From NCBI GenBank assembly GCA_050273025.1, contig CP158635.1, forward strand, positions 12,090,001 to 12,154,000: a DNA stretch of 64,000 nucleotides, read 5' to 3'. Below, piece by piece: positions 23,601 to 36,942 of the stretch. The stretch comes from Cenococcum geophilum. Lineage: Eukaryota. The notes beneath the pieces were generated by a model. The model did not search any database and was not told the origin of the DNA. It was given only the letters and a program-made list of their open reading frames with translations. Position numbers and translations under genes: made by a program. The number at the start of each line of letters is the position of its first letter. Positions within the stretch are counted from its first letter, which is position 1.

Positions 23601-26218
23601 GTCACTCAAGGAATACATAGCCAAGAGGGTTCCTGGCCTCAAGTGGAACCGCCTAATGGGTGCGGAAATATACAGCCACAAGTTCTATCGCACTCTGGAC
23701 GACAGCAAAACCATCGCAGAATCTAACATACAAGCACGCGATGACATTGTGATATACGAACTGGAAGATGCACCTACCAATTTTCCGCCTCCCAAGAAGA
23801 AGCACAACAAGATCAGATCGATGGTGTCGTGGCATAATGCATCATCCGAAGAAGACATTCCAGATTCGGAATCTCCGCTCGCTGATAGAATGGTCGTGCC
23901 TCTCTTCCACCGTGCACCGACTTACAACATGTATAGCACTTCGAGGGGTCTAAAGTTATGGCCGTCTTTCGTCCTTGTTACAAGGGAAGAAGCTAAAGAC
24001 TATGACTCGATACTCCGAAAAGTACTCGCGAAAGTTGCCACGATGACAACAAGACCGATTCTGACCGAGATATCCAACAGCATAGGGTCCTTCGACAATT
24101 CGCGAAATTGCTCGGACGCAGTCCTAACAACGGAAGATGATGCTTCTTCTACTGTGGACCCAAGAGTTCAAGATGGTTCTATCGAAGGAGAAGACAGTAT
24201 CGTGGATGTCTCCATGACTGAGCCTGTGGGGACACCATTAGACCAAGGAATGGATGCATCTAATAGCGCCGAAGACTCACAGCAACTCCCCGAGGTTCTT
24301 CAGCCCGGGAGCTTCATCCCGCCAGAGTTCCGAAATATGTTCCAAATGAAGTACTCTCGCGCTGGCAGGGAAATGGTACCCACAGGATGGAGCACGATTG
24401 ATACAAACAAAGATTATCCCACAATCGAATCCCGAGTTCCAGTTCAGCAGAGTCGAAGATCTTCGATGCAATCTGGAGAGGAGAACTTCCATTCTTCTTC
24501 TGGCGAGGAAGCCGACGATACAATTCAATTCTCAGCTAACGCGCAAGAATCTTTCGAACAGGATAACGAAAGCAGTGATGACAGTCTTCCATCTACGGAG
24601 CTTTTCACTAGGCCTGGTCGACACCATAACTCTCGCAAAGCGAATCGCGGAAAGAACAAGAAGTTCGCAACATACTCGAAGAAGGGCAAGCAACGGTACG
24701 GCCAGCCAATAAACCAGTCCTTAGAACCCGAGCAGGACGATAACCCCGCATTGATCCGGTTGGGCGAGGGCATCATCCTCGACTGGGAACCGAGCGTCTA
24801 TGAAGCACTTTTCGAGGGCACTAGCGAAGACGACGCACGGGGTACAGATTCCTGGACGGTAATGACTACGTTAGAGGATCCAGAGCTTCAAGAAAAGAAG
24901 GCCAGGAGAGCTCTACGGAAGAAATCCGGAATCACTCTGCAAGAATGCTTCGCCGAGACATCAAAAGGAGAGATCTTGTCTGAAGAGAATGCGTGGTATT
25001 GCAACCGCTGCAAGGAACTCCGACGAGCTAGCAAGACCTTAGAGATCTGGACACTGCCAGATATTCTCGTCGTGCACCTAAAGCGTTTCAGCGCTAATAG
25101 GGGCTTCCGGGATAAGATTGATGTGCTTGTCGACTTTCCGATTGAAGGACTAGATCTCAGTGAACGCGTTGGTCTACCAGAAGGCAAGGAGATGATCTAC
25201 GATCTCTTCGCTGTTGACAACCACTACGGCGGTCTTGGAGGTGGTCACTACACCGCCTTTGCACAGAACTTCTTCGACAAAAAGTGGTATGAATACAATG
25301 GTATGTAACTTGTTCCTAAATTACTTCTTGTTCCCCAAAACGGTATAGCTAATCACTATTCATTCAACAGACTCCTCAGTCAGCCAACGCAACCCCAAAT
25401 CAGTTATAACATCCGCCGCATACCTTCTATTCTACCGTCGCAGATCTTCTACCCCTTTAGGCCCTCATTACCTTCAAAAAATTGTGGAATTAGCCTACTC
25501 CCCCGAATCTGAAGACGCCGCAGACTCGCAGCCCGGCTCACGCCAGACATCACGCTCGCCGGCGGGAAACGGCCGGCGCCTCGACGACTCGTCCTGCATT
25601 GGGTCGTCGAGCGCTTCAGCCGGAGTCGCAGCGGGTCACCTGCGCGGGGATGGTTTGGATTCGGAGGAAACAGGAGCAGGGATGCGAGCGAGGAAGACAG
25701 GCGCTCCCGGGCACCTAGCCGGGATCGGGAGTCCGGAGGATGAGGAGACGACGGACGTAGAACATGACGCTTTTGAACTGGATACCGAGCCACCGCCGTA
25801 TCACGACGAGGGATATGACGAGGGCTTTTCGGGCATGACCGAGAGCATCATCGGGCCGATGAATTACAACAACATCTATGGAGACACCCCGGGCTGGGGT
25901 TTTGCGGGCATCCCGATAGGCGGCGCGCGCGGCGGTGCGGATGAGGATGAGGATGCGTTTGGCGATGCGGCATCCGACCAGCCTGCTATGGGAGACGACC
26001 CTGGGGACCGCCTGAGGCAGGATTTCGGCGACGACGTGATGAATCCGGGCCAGAACTCCCGCGCTATGACGCCCATGAGCGAGGAGATGCCAGAGCTGGT
26101 GAGCAACAATGGCGCGGTGCAGGTCGAGGACATGGATATGGTTGGGGCTGACGATGAGGTCACGGACGTGGTTGTCGATGAAGGGGACGTGGGCGGTGGG
26201 CATGCCAAGATGGACTGA
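20693..26218 (+). CDS. UBP12: Ubiquitin-specific protease with DUSP domain (Ubp12/USP4-15 family), multi-exon
   Basis: Cys box GLTNLGNTCYMNSALQC, QQDSQEFL, His box NHYGGLGGGHYTA, zinc ribbon WYCNRC and a DUSP region. The start at 20693 is inferred from a spliceable exon (intron 20734-20810). Confidence 0.92.
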
Positions 26219-27300
26219 GTATCCTCCGAGCTTCCTTGACCCACCTGCGTGCGCGTTTCTGTTTCGGTGTCGTCGCCGGCGTTGTTGTTGCTGATATTTG
26301 TGTCTTGTGTGGCCAGCTGCGTGTTTTCCTTCGCATGGGTCCTTCGGGTCTTTTTGCTGTTTGTCGTACCTGCTTGCCTGCCCACCTGCCTGTTTCGCCT
26401 AATGCAAATGAATAAGTGGACGGCTGGGGTTTGATGGCTGCGTGAGGAATAGAGTCCTGAGTAGACTTAGAGTTATTCATTGCCGCGGCAGGCTTGATTG
26501 TGCCAAAGGCCTTTTTTTATTTCGTTTGGGTCCTTATAGGACAGATGGTGGGCGAGGGTCATGGGATGCAGTGAGTATAGGGGTTTTTTGAAAGGTGTGA
26601 AGTGGGAGAATATGCAGAGTACATAGAGTTGTGCATGGTTTGCGGCGTATATAGGTTATGATATGGATTATGCCTTCTATGAAAATTGGGTGGTTGTGAG
26701 ATGATGACGAAGGAGAGATGATTTAATGAAAGGCTGAGTTGAGGATTACCAGAAAGCCGGAAAAGGGCTCTAAGACCAGATTCGATGGGAGATCCTAATT
26801 TAGACTGTTAAATATTTATACCTCATGGACTACCCTTTGGCCTTCTCTATGATAAGTGGTGGGATATATGAGACTCGAGGAACTGTATATAAAATAAAGA
26901 TGATTTGATGTCAAGGAGGGACAGTGGTATCAGTGACCTAATAAAACTCTTAACATCAAGCGTTCTTTGCTTAATATAAAGTCACCTTATTCTTATGGTT
27001 AGAGTGAAATCAGAGGTCGCCGTAGTGAAGGTTTTGACCAGATAAGCTGAGAACCGAGGTAGCAAAGGAGAATAGCAAAATAACAAGCTTATCTACCGAA
27101 CCCGTAGGCAGCTCAGCCTGAAGAAGCGTTCCAAGTGGTTTCTAAAAGACTGCAGAGGCTGCAACGCATGTTTAAGTAAAACCCTGACGGGGGTTATGCT
27201 CAGCGGAAGGTATAGTATGTACGTGATTTCATGCTAGATTCAGACGGTTCTACTCTTTCTAACTGAAAGCTAATATTTGCTGGCAAGTTGGACATTCTAT

Positions 27301-28432
27301 TTACATAACAATTTGATGCTCACCTACGCCTTCTACTCTCTCAGCTTCCGAATCTTTCCCGTCTTCGACTACATTTTCAGACATCCATGCCCCCATGTCC
27401 TCATCCTCATCAAGTTCTTCCTCAGAGCCACCGGTAGAATAATCCACTGGTACATCACACGATGAGCTACCGTCTAGTAGCGCCATGAGTAGATCCAAAG
27501 GAGTGTCATCGCTTTTTGGCCTGTAGAAATCCTCATCATTATCTTCATCAGTGACCTCATTGTCCAGATTCACGCTCTAAATTTCCTTCCTTTTCTTTTC
27601 TTCGACTTTCTGTATCATCTTTCTCCTCCCCGTCATCGCTAGATTCACCCCAAGAAGCGCGACGTGCGGCAGCAACCAAATTTCCGAGACGTTCCGCCTC
27701 ATCCTCACCAAACAAATCATCGGGGTAATCCCAACCGACGTTACCCTTGTATCATTCCTTGATCCGAATACAACGTATTTCCCTGCGAATAGTTTCACGT
27801 TTTCGCCTGAAATAAGGTAAGATGATCAGCAACAGGCCTAGTGTATACCAACTCCCAGGAACGAGACTTACAAGAGGCGCCCATAACCATTTCATATGCT
27901 CGGCCTCGCGGAAGAATACCGAATACATTCTTCGCCAATCGAAAGATATCTCTCACTTTTCGTAATCGACCTTTAAGCTCGGCAACTTGGTATCGTTGAC
28001 ATCATGTCTGACCGTGATGACATATGGTGGCACATCAAACCTCCCTCTGTCTGCCCTGGCGTCCTCGCCTTTCCCACCGTATAAAAGTCCATCTGACGCC
28101 TCCATACTGCAACAATATACGATAGTCGACCGGAAATTCGATTGTAGTCCTCGTTAGTTCCGTCATATTTGAAATACGCGAGTTTCTTATTCCCCGAGAA
28201 CCGGTTAAACCCAGTGCGGACATTGAGTTCGTAGCGGACACCTTCGAGGCGCACTGATCCGAGATTGTGAAGGTCAATGTGAGCCTTCCGGATGGTTTCT
28301 CGGCAAAGACTTGATCGACACAGTCACAGAAGTGGTAGGAAACTTGCCGCACGTCATCCACAAGTGGGTAAGGTCTATGTTACCGGAAAGGATGCAGATC
28401 CACAACTCCGAGGGTAAGATTGGGAGTCCCAT
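27301..28432 (-). pseudogene. F-box domain protein pseudogene with acidic tail
   Basis: MGLPILPSELWICIL..HLWMTC then a frame change to QVSYHFCDCVDQVF (F-box). A second frame change lies near 28260. The C-terminal segment is acidic. Confidence 0.65.
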
Positions 28433-28936
28433 TTTCGGAAGTGATGCTAGATAGTTTACATAGATGAAATTCCTTTCGATCAAGTCATTTCTTGGAGGAA
28501 GTGAGGGTTCAATTGTTCTTATATCAGATGCGCAATTGAGTGCGAATGCATCAGAACATGGGAGTTGGCAGGAGGCAGAGGTTGGGGTCGGAGTCCCGAC
28601 GTTTTGGTGTGTAAGGCTGAACTAGGCCTTTTAAGGTATGGATTGAAAGTATACCTCGACCTCCACATTTCCACCCAAAATTTTGCTCAATTACTGTCTT
28701 ATCAAATACAGTCGTGTCCCAGCCAAGCATTAGGAATGATCTGAACAACAATTATAACGCCCTCCTCAGATATCCAAAAGGTAAATATCATCACTCGCTA
28801 CATCTATTCAACGAGCATAATTAGTTACTAGAATCCTTCCAAACATAACAAGCACCACATGGTTCGCCGATGAAAAAAATCCGAAACCCCGTTATCAGCA
28901 CAATCCAGAATAAAAAAAAGAAAAAGGAACCAATGA

Positions 28937-31900
28937 TCACCTATGCGAGAATCCGACAAATCTGTCATATTCCCCCGGACTTATGCCTAGTTCGGAAAAT
29001 TCAGCCCCAACAATTTTTGATCTATGCTTCTTTCCTTTTTTCATATAGCGTGCAGCCATTTTAGGGTTACCAATGCGTTCGTAAACTTCGGATAGCGCAA
29101 ATGCGGTCCGACAGGATGCACCTGGGTGGCATTCACTAGAGCCGAGGATTTGAAGTGATTCATGGAAGAACTGGCTGATTATTGTCAGAAGTGCTCGAAT
29201 GAAATCATTTGGATAAATCTTACATAGACGACTTAGGATCGCCTCGTTTGCACATAAGGGTGCCAACTTTGTACAGGGTAAAGCCAGTATAATGATGATG
29301 TGGCATCACCTTTTGCCGGATAATGAAAGAGTCTTGAAATGCCTCAAAGGCCTGGTCTGTTCTACCCTGCTGATAGTAAATGGTGCCAAGGTAGAAGTGA
29401 AGTCTAGTACAAGTTAGTCAATAGTGAGGGGTCTAAGCAGAATAGATTTGCACTCACATTGCCATCTGAGCGCTGCATTTTCCTCGCAATTGCTGTACTG
29501 CAACCATAGACTCGAAGCAGAATTCTAGGGCCTCACCGAGTCGTTGCATTTGTATCAGGCAGATGCAGATGTTGCTCATATATATATCTCTGTTAGTCTC
29601 CATATCTTTTCGCTGAAGGAGTTCCAGCAAAATTGGATAAGCCTCTTCTGGACGACTTTCTGCCATCAGAGATACGGCTATGTTTCCGTCCGCAGCTGCA
29701 AGCCATTTGAGATCCTCCGGATTGCCCGGTCGCTTATTGTCCTCCCTAATTGCTTTGATCTTCAAATAAAGACCAAGTCCGCTATCAGGACTGACTCTCT
29801 CGAACATAATGGATGCTTGAACATTGTACAAATAGCTTGTCAGGTCTCGTACATACCATTCACTGAATCCTAGATGTTTGCTTGTTGTTAAGGATTCTTC
29901 ACAGAGCACTATAGCATCCTCAGCCATGCTAAACGCAATATTGTATTGGCCGCTTTCAAAAAGGAACCTAGTATGGCTATCAGACAGAAAGAGACAGGGC
30001 GCAATGTTTTATTCTTACCATGCACAACGAGTTACAATTTCACATAGCAGAATGGGATATCCCACCTCATCCTTATACCAACTATACGTCTCCAGAAGTG
30101 ATGATACTTGGCGGGAAAGCTCTTGGCAAATCTTCCAATTCTCATGCATTGGTTTGCCATCCTGTTGTTGAGGGAATTTCGCATTCAAAAGGAAGACTGT
30201 TCGGTTGAAAATCTCGGCTTTCCGTTCAGAATCCATGGACTGCGAGACGGCAATTCGGACAAGGCGGTGGCACGCAATTCGGTCCTGTTCACGGTTTCTA
30301 TTAATCAATGAAATCCTAAGTAGCGCAGCAACAGATCTTTCAATTCTGTGAATTGTCGTATTCTATTAGTAAATAGTGGTATATATCAGGCTTAACACAC
30401 TCACATTGGGATATCTGTAAAAGGGTTCTGCAACAGGCTTTCGAGTCCAGGAATGTCGGTAGGAATGTCTGGGCCTTCATATAACCTTTTAGTTCGTCAA
30501 TAATGTGGGTTTTTTGGGTCCCGATTTATAGATTTGAAGAGTACTAACATATCATCTCGCTTAGCCGAAAATAGCGAAAGTGGAACCCCATCACCATCAA
30601 GGAATGCGAGCATTTGAATGAGTGACAAAGTGTCATTATCAAGGACAGACATACTTCCTGACGGCGATGTATTCATTGTCCAGGTCGTATTTATTGAATT
30701 CTGGTATGATTGTGTGTCCCACAAGCGTGTTGCCTCGTTGAACAGAAAATTCCGTTCGAAATGCCTATTTGTATCAAGGAATCGCCTTGAGGACATGCCG
30801 GTGGATGAAATATAACCCCCAACAAGGCTCAGAGCAAGAGGAAGGTTACCAACAGCCTGTGAAATTTTAGAAGCAGTTTCCCGGTCTTCTTCCGAACTAT
30901 ATCTGTTCTCATTATCCTGCAAAAGACTGAGAAGGAAGTTTTCGCCGTCATGCAATGAGAAGGGAAGTACTTCAATCCGTGCATGGACAGTTGCAAAATG
31001 GCGAGCAACGCCTGGGTTCCTCGATGTCATGATTATGGCACCTTTCGTAGCCCGCGGCCAATACCGTTCGAGTATCTTACAGTCCTGGATGTTGTCGTAA
31101 ATAATTAGCCATTTCACCACTCGATTAGGCGGTTCTGACACATAAATTAGCTTAATCGAGAGACATACACGGGGTGACGGACCTCTCTTGCTGGTCTTGA
31201 ATAGCCAATCTTTAAGCAGTTCGCGAGCTTGATCTGTGTTCTGATTTGAATCATCAACAATACCGATTTGCTGTCCAATAGACTTGAAAGAATCTGCCAG
31301 CTTCAGGGAAGATTCTGCGGTCACCCACAAGATTGCATCATAGCTGCTCACGAATCTGTAAGCGTACTCCAGGGCTATCTGAGTCTTGCCGCCACCTCCT
31401 AAGCCATGAAGGCCAGCTATTAAGAGCTTTTTCGGAATATTACCAGGATGCAGATGTTGCACAAGTCTCTGTAATTCCAAATCTCTTCCGTAGAAGGCTG
31501 GGTTTTGTATAGTAGGAAGATTTTGGAACGGTAGCCTGCCGAGCAACATCGTATCTTGCAGCTCCCGTCCAAATCTGTCTAGTCGCTGTAATAACTCCTG
31601 GTGTTGAACTTCTCTCTTTGTTTCCTTAGCATGCTCACAAGCAACACTCGCTTCTTGTTCCACCCACTCGATCAGTCGACGGAATCTCTGAAGTCTCGTA
31701 TTAATTGTCTCGCGAAGCGGCGTAAAAGATATACGGAGTATATTGCCTATCGGTTTAGCGTTGCTTAAACGGTGTTGGGGGCGAACGCTTACTTATCGTG
31801 CGTCGCCGGAAGAAACGAATTGAGTCTTGGAAGAAACCAATAAGCTCGGCAAAGAAATTAACCAAAGCTGCCTCTAACTGGCAAATGTCCTGAGAACCGA

Positions 31901-32401
31901 ACTTGGTGATGTAATAAAGGAACCTGGGGAGCGCGCGATCGATGCATTGGAATGCTTCAACAATCTGGTTAAGGCCATGGGCATGGCGTAAGGACAACTT
32001 ATGCGCTGTTAGCAGCCGCACGCTGCCTAACTCAAACCGTACGCCTTGACGGGTTATGGGGTAAGTTAACCCCGAAAGCCGCCGGAACGCGTTCGGGACA
32101 TCACCCCTACCTCCAAAACAAAGCAAATGGAACCCCAAACCAATGCAGAGACCGTAGGGTTGGACTGCAGGAAGACCTTCACAACTTCGGAAAAGGAGTG
32201 AATTGTTGTCAAAAAAGGATTGACTTGCTCAAGTCTCCGCGTAATTCTCCGTTCGCTGTAGCGTTTCTGCAACTCTTTTGCTCGTTCGAGCAGCGACTGC
32301 TGGCTTGTGACAGCCTCGATCTTCTGGATCTCCTCGGGTGTCAGCGAAGCTAGATACATTTCTAGCGCAGCCGCCCAAATTTGCTCGCGTTTGGTATTCA
32401 T
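28937..32401 (-). CDS. Fungal NLR (STAND): N-terminal helical domain, NB-ARC NTPase, TPR-like repeats; multi-exon
   Basis: N-terminal ..SALVWGSICFVLE; Walker A GLHGLGGGGKTQIALEYAY; Walker B WLIIYDNI; IMTSRN; GNLPLAL; HRLVR; helical TPR-like C-terminal exons. Confidence 0.88.
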
Positions 32402-32641
32402 TGGTAATCGCCGGGGCCGAATTTTCCACTGAGATCTTCCTAGCGTTAAGTTTAATGACTATATAGCTAACCCAAGCGAAAGAATCCCTCGGTTGCCCGT
32501 TGCCCATTGCCCAGCATGATATTTACCATTGGTTATTATTCTATCAGGCATAAGGCAAATGCAAAAGCTCAGAGTTAACGTGTCTCAATTTGTAGCGTTA
32601 AGAAGTTATGCCCCGTTAGCCTCACAACTCCATCATTGGAT

Positions 32642-32948
32642 TCAATCCAGCGCCGCCCAAATAGATATCTTCGTTCCGGTATGAATGATGCATTGAAGAA
32701 AGATGCCTAGTCCATGCTCCGCCTCCCTTATTTCTCGAGCTAGCGACCCAAAGTCGAGTGTTGCCTTACTGGTGGCTACCAAGCATTTGAGAAACGTATC
32801 TAACATTTGATACACAAGGATGATATTACCTATGCTGACTTGTGCCGCTACTCCCTCCTCCTGTGGCCGTCCCTCCGCCATTGCCACCACCAGTTGGACC
32901 ACTGCCCCCTCCGGTCGTACTATCACCTAGCGGTGGGGAATCGCTCAT
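32642..32948 (-). CDS. Possible small two-exon Gly-rich protein (~80 aa) upstream of the NLR
   Basis: ATG 32948 starts MSDSPPLGDSTTGGGSGPTGGGNGGGTATGGGSSGTSQH, followed by a GTAATA donor. A CAG acceptor at ~32770 continues KATLDFGSLAREIREAEHGLGIFLQC..*. Confidence 0.35.
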
Positions 32949-34123
32949 CGTGAGAGCCCTCAATGATGTGCTGTTTGTACTGCTTTTGCTGCTGTGCTTT
33001 CTGGGCGGTACTGCGCGTAAGCCGATGGCTAATGACTGTTACGACAGATGCTTCGTTACCTTGTAATGTTACTCACGTAACAGGAGCAGCGCCGGGCTCC
33101 GAGAGACACTCGTTGACTTGGCTAAATGTCGCGAGGCAGCTTTCGAAGGCCTGGTCATAGAAAGTTCCGGGCGCACTAGAAAGGGGGTAGGTTTGGACAC
33201 TTGAGAAATCCAGACGTCAGTAACAGTAGAAGGTTGCGAGGCGTCTAATGACATAATAAGCGTTATAACACTAACAGGTCATCTGGATGATAGCCTTGCT
33301 CGAGGGCTGATGTTCCCGCCAATGGCGGCCAGTGCGCATGGGTTGAGGATGGGCAGCATTCGAATAATTTGGGTACGCACGCAATGGAGGTGCTGCAGGT
33401 GTGCCTGAACTTCGCGCGAGATAGCGAACGGGTGAACTTCATTCTGCGGTGTTTTGGGCGGGAAGTGAAATAGGGCCTGTTAGCCCCAACCAAAATAATG
33501 ACGCGATAATGAGTCCAGGCAGAGGAATGGCGCAAGCTGATGTGATACGAGTACAGTAAGTGTCCGCACAAAAAAGTCTCACGACCCCGTCCGGGAACCG
33601 TCCGCGATTCTTACTCTTCTCCATGATTACAGCTTCGATCCGGTGTCATCCTAACCCTCGTCTCTTCCCCTCCCCGAGTCCTAACGACCCACATTAAATT
33701 CGGTAATGTTCTCATGAGACATCCTCGGGAATCTCTCCTCTCCATCGCGTTTCACCGGCGCTGCGAGGCCACTCGAAGCCTGATATGAGGCAAGCACAGA
33801 CTCGACGATCATGACAACGCAACTGGCAGGTGGGACTCTCCTGCAGTGAGCCCGATTCACCCAGAGAATTTCAGCCTCCATCCCAAATGGTAGGGCGACG
33901 ACTCGAGTAGCACATGGTGTATTGAGCATCGCTTTGATTGCTCACCTCAGCCAGGTTTCCCCCACCGGATATTCTTTCCCGGCACAGCCTACCCGTCTAC
34001 TGGACCGCTCGCCTAAAATAAACCCCACATCGAAATACCCAACAACAACCCTGTCCCATCCGAAAAGTTAAAAATTATACCTCACATTCGTTTACAGCCA
34101 TTGTGGTTAGACTGTTTAGAAGG

Positions 34124-35859
34124 ATGGCGTCTGGGGTAGGTTGAGGTCTAATTCTGTCTCTAATACATAGCTAAACATAGTGCAGGAAGAGATACCTCAT
34201 CGTTTTGAGAATGTATTGGACATCATTGACGAAATCAAGACACGATGCAAAGTGGCATCCATATCCATAGGTGTTCTCCATGAAGGAAAGGCAATCTTCA
34301 GGAAGAGTTTCGGATACCGCGACGTGGAAAACATGCTGCCTGCCGATTCAGATAGCATGTACATGCTGGCATCGCTCTCGAAGAACTTTCTTGTTGCATC
34401 TGTTGGAATTCTTGTTCATGAGGGGAAACTGAAATGGGAGGATCCTGTGTCTGTCCACGTGCCCGGCTTTAATCCCAAAGATGATCCTCGAATTAGGGAA
34501 AAGGCGAATTTCATCGACATTCTTAGGCATTCAGGAGGTCTATCAAACCCAGTCGTTTCTATTCTGGGACCCGATGGCAAGGTCCTTCTACTACCAAAAG
34601 ATTTTATCCGCCTTGCCAATACCGCGCCCACTGGAAATGATGTTGGTCAGTATTATGATAGGACCTGGGAGTACAGTAACGTCGGGTACGGAGTAGTGGC
34701 CTTGGCAGTAGAGAATGCAAGTCAAATGTCCTATTCAGACTTTGTCCAAAAGAAGATCCTGGAGCCGTTGAGCCTACGAAGAACAGCTGTAACCGAATCA
34801 CAAGTCGCAACGGACGATAATATCGCCTATCCGTATGTACAGCTTCAAGATGGTACATGGGAAAAGTTACAATACGAATGGACCTCTGAGAAACACACTC
34901 CTATCCTTGCGGCTTTTGGCAAGCGGAGCTGTGTGAATGATCTCTTGACATGGTGTGCTGCCACTATGTCGGCGGAATTCGAAGAAGAGGAGGAGATGAA
35001 ACCAGGCATTCTGCAAGACATTCAACGAAACCCTCTTAAACAGATGAAGAGGATCCGCAAAGGGTACTGGACCCGACCCCATGACGACCCATTCCAGAAC
35101 CAGTCAGAGTACTGCATGGGATGGATGAGGGCTGTTATGCCTTCATGTCAAGTTGGTTGGGGCTCATATAATACTCTGACCACTTACGACGCTGAAAGGA
35201 CTTCCCACAAATACATACTAGGGACGGAGTCGCCAAAGAGGCCCTTTCTAAAGCATACAGGGCTGGGTATCGGCACGGCTATCTGTGTACACACTTTTCC
35301 CGATACCCGTAGTGCAGTTGTCGTCCTTAGCAATGGGCTGAATTTGGGGGACGCAAGTGATTTTACCGCTCAAATCCTTATCCAAGAGCTGTTCGATCTT
35401 CATCCGCGCATTGATCTGATGCCTTGGGTAAAACTTGAAACAGAGAGACGCCTTGCTGAATTTCACAACACGATCATGCTCGGTTGGCTGGAAAACCGTG
35501 ATGTAAGCGAGGCAGAGAGACCGCAGGAAGAATTTATTGGTGACTACTGTGGATTAGCCATCACTCTGTCCGTGACAAGGAACGAAAAAACGAAAAAGCT
35601 GCAGCTGCAATTTAATAGAGATGATTGTGTTGTGCAACTAGAGTATTACAACGTTGACAAATACAGCTATATGCCGACAACTCGCGACGACTGGCTCGCT
35701 GGAGGGTGGCTCGATTGGGATTATTATATGGTTGGCGTGTTGGATTTTAGGAGAGAGAAAGGCGAGGTCAGTGGACTTTGGTGGAAATGGGAGGAACCGT
35801 CCAAACCCTCCTGGTTCACGAAAAAGAAGCTGCCGCGGTCAAAGTGGACCTTCCTTTAA
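34124..35859 (+). CDS. Beta-lactamase/AmpC-family serine hydrolase (peptidase S12) with C-terminal extension
   Basis: SxxK (ASLSK), LRHSGG, YSN and HTG motifs. Short first exon MASG with intron 34136-34185. Confidence 0.9.
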
Positions 35860-36594
35860 TGATACAATGAGGCAGGGTTCCAGTGAATTACCCAAATAGG
35901 AAATGGACTACTCTCCGTCAAGCTTCGCTGTCGGTTTTTCAACACCTCTCACGCCTGAAAAAAGCCTTCAACTGCTTTTTACATTACGCATCTCCCTAGC
36001 AGGAGGCCCGTGTATTTTTTAAAGAAGGCAATAATAACCATCGCCCTATGAATAGACCAGTGAAGATTGCTTATCTAATAGCTCTTATCCGGCTTGGGAC
36101 TTATTTTGCTTAGTTATATGAGCATCTAAGTCCCTGTCTGGGCCTCCGGATGCCGTAAGTGTAACCTTGGAAGCTACATTTATATACAGTCTAGACCTAC
36201 GGTGGGTCTATCCCTTGAAACGGCAGTGTCCTTAGAGAAAGTGGTCTGTGCGCGAACGCCGGGATCAAAACAACGCGTATATCTATATAGAATTCAATCA
36301 TTAATTACACCACCACCGTGCCTTCCAATCATACTAGAATTGATGCAGACCTTGTTCAGAAGACTTAATATAATATTCCTCCAAAGTAAATCGCAAAAAA
36401 CCTCTGCCCTAAGCCCCGACCGTTATATAGGTTCCTACGGCGCAGCATAAACTAATTAAGTTGTTTAATAAGCCAATTAACTACTTAGCTTGCGTAGAGG
36501 CCCGCAGGCATACTTAGGTACAGCGTATGGGGCGTCGGAAAGCTCTATTAGAGCTATCACCAAATACTATAATGCAAGCGCGCGATAGTAAGGA

Positions 36595-36942
36595 ATGGCG
36601 GAAACAGGCTCCGAGGACCAATTTTGGGTGCAGTTCTACAAGATACCGTTCTGCAGAAAGGACGAGTGCTGGTTACCTTATATCGAGCGACTCAATTCCA
36701 AAGAATATGCCTATATATCAAATAGCTATAAAATCAAAAGCTTCGTATTTCTAAGAACGGCTGCTCGATTCGGCTGGTTTGATTGGTGGACTCTTATCGA
36801 TACCGTAAGGCCCAATTTTGCCGTGTCAAGGGATAGGAGTTTTTCTCGACTCCTTAACATATATAAAGACACAAGTTTGGACCTTGAAAACCCTTCCATA
36901 CATTTTAATATCTCTATTTTACTTCCTGCTATCATTTTTTAG
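36595..36942 (+). pseudogene. Relic of an unknown gene, paralogous to the relic at ~38900-39100
   Basis: KSFVFLRTAARFGWFDWWTLID aligns with TSLIFLSTTIRFG*FNWLVLID at ~38935-39000. Confidence 0.4.

Noticed and set aside
25449..26480. Long antisense ORFs over the UBP12 last exon (similar shadows over NUC1 and TCD2)
   Set aside because: Expected shadow ORFs of GC-rich coding sequence.
34124..35859. Beta-lactamase as recent bacterial horizontal transfer
   Set aside because: It has a spliceosomal intron and the long architecture common in fungal S12 hydrolases; nothing visible supports recent transfer.
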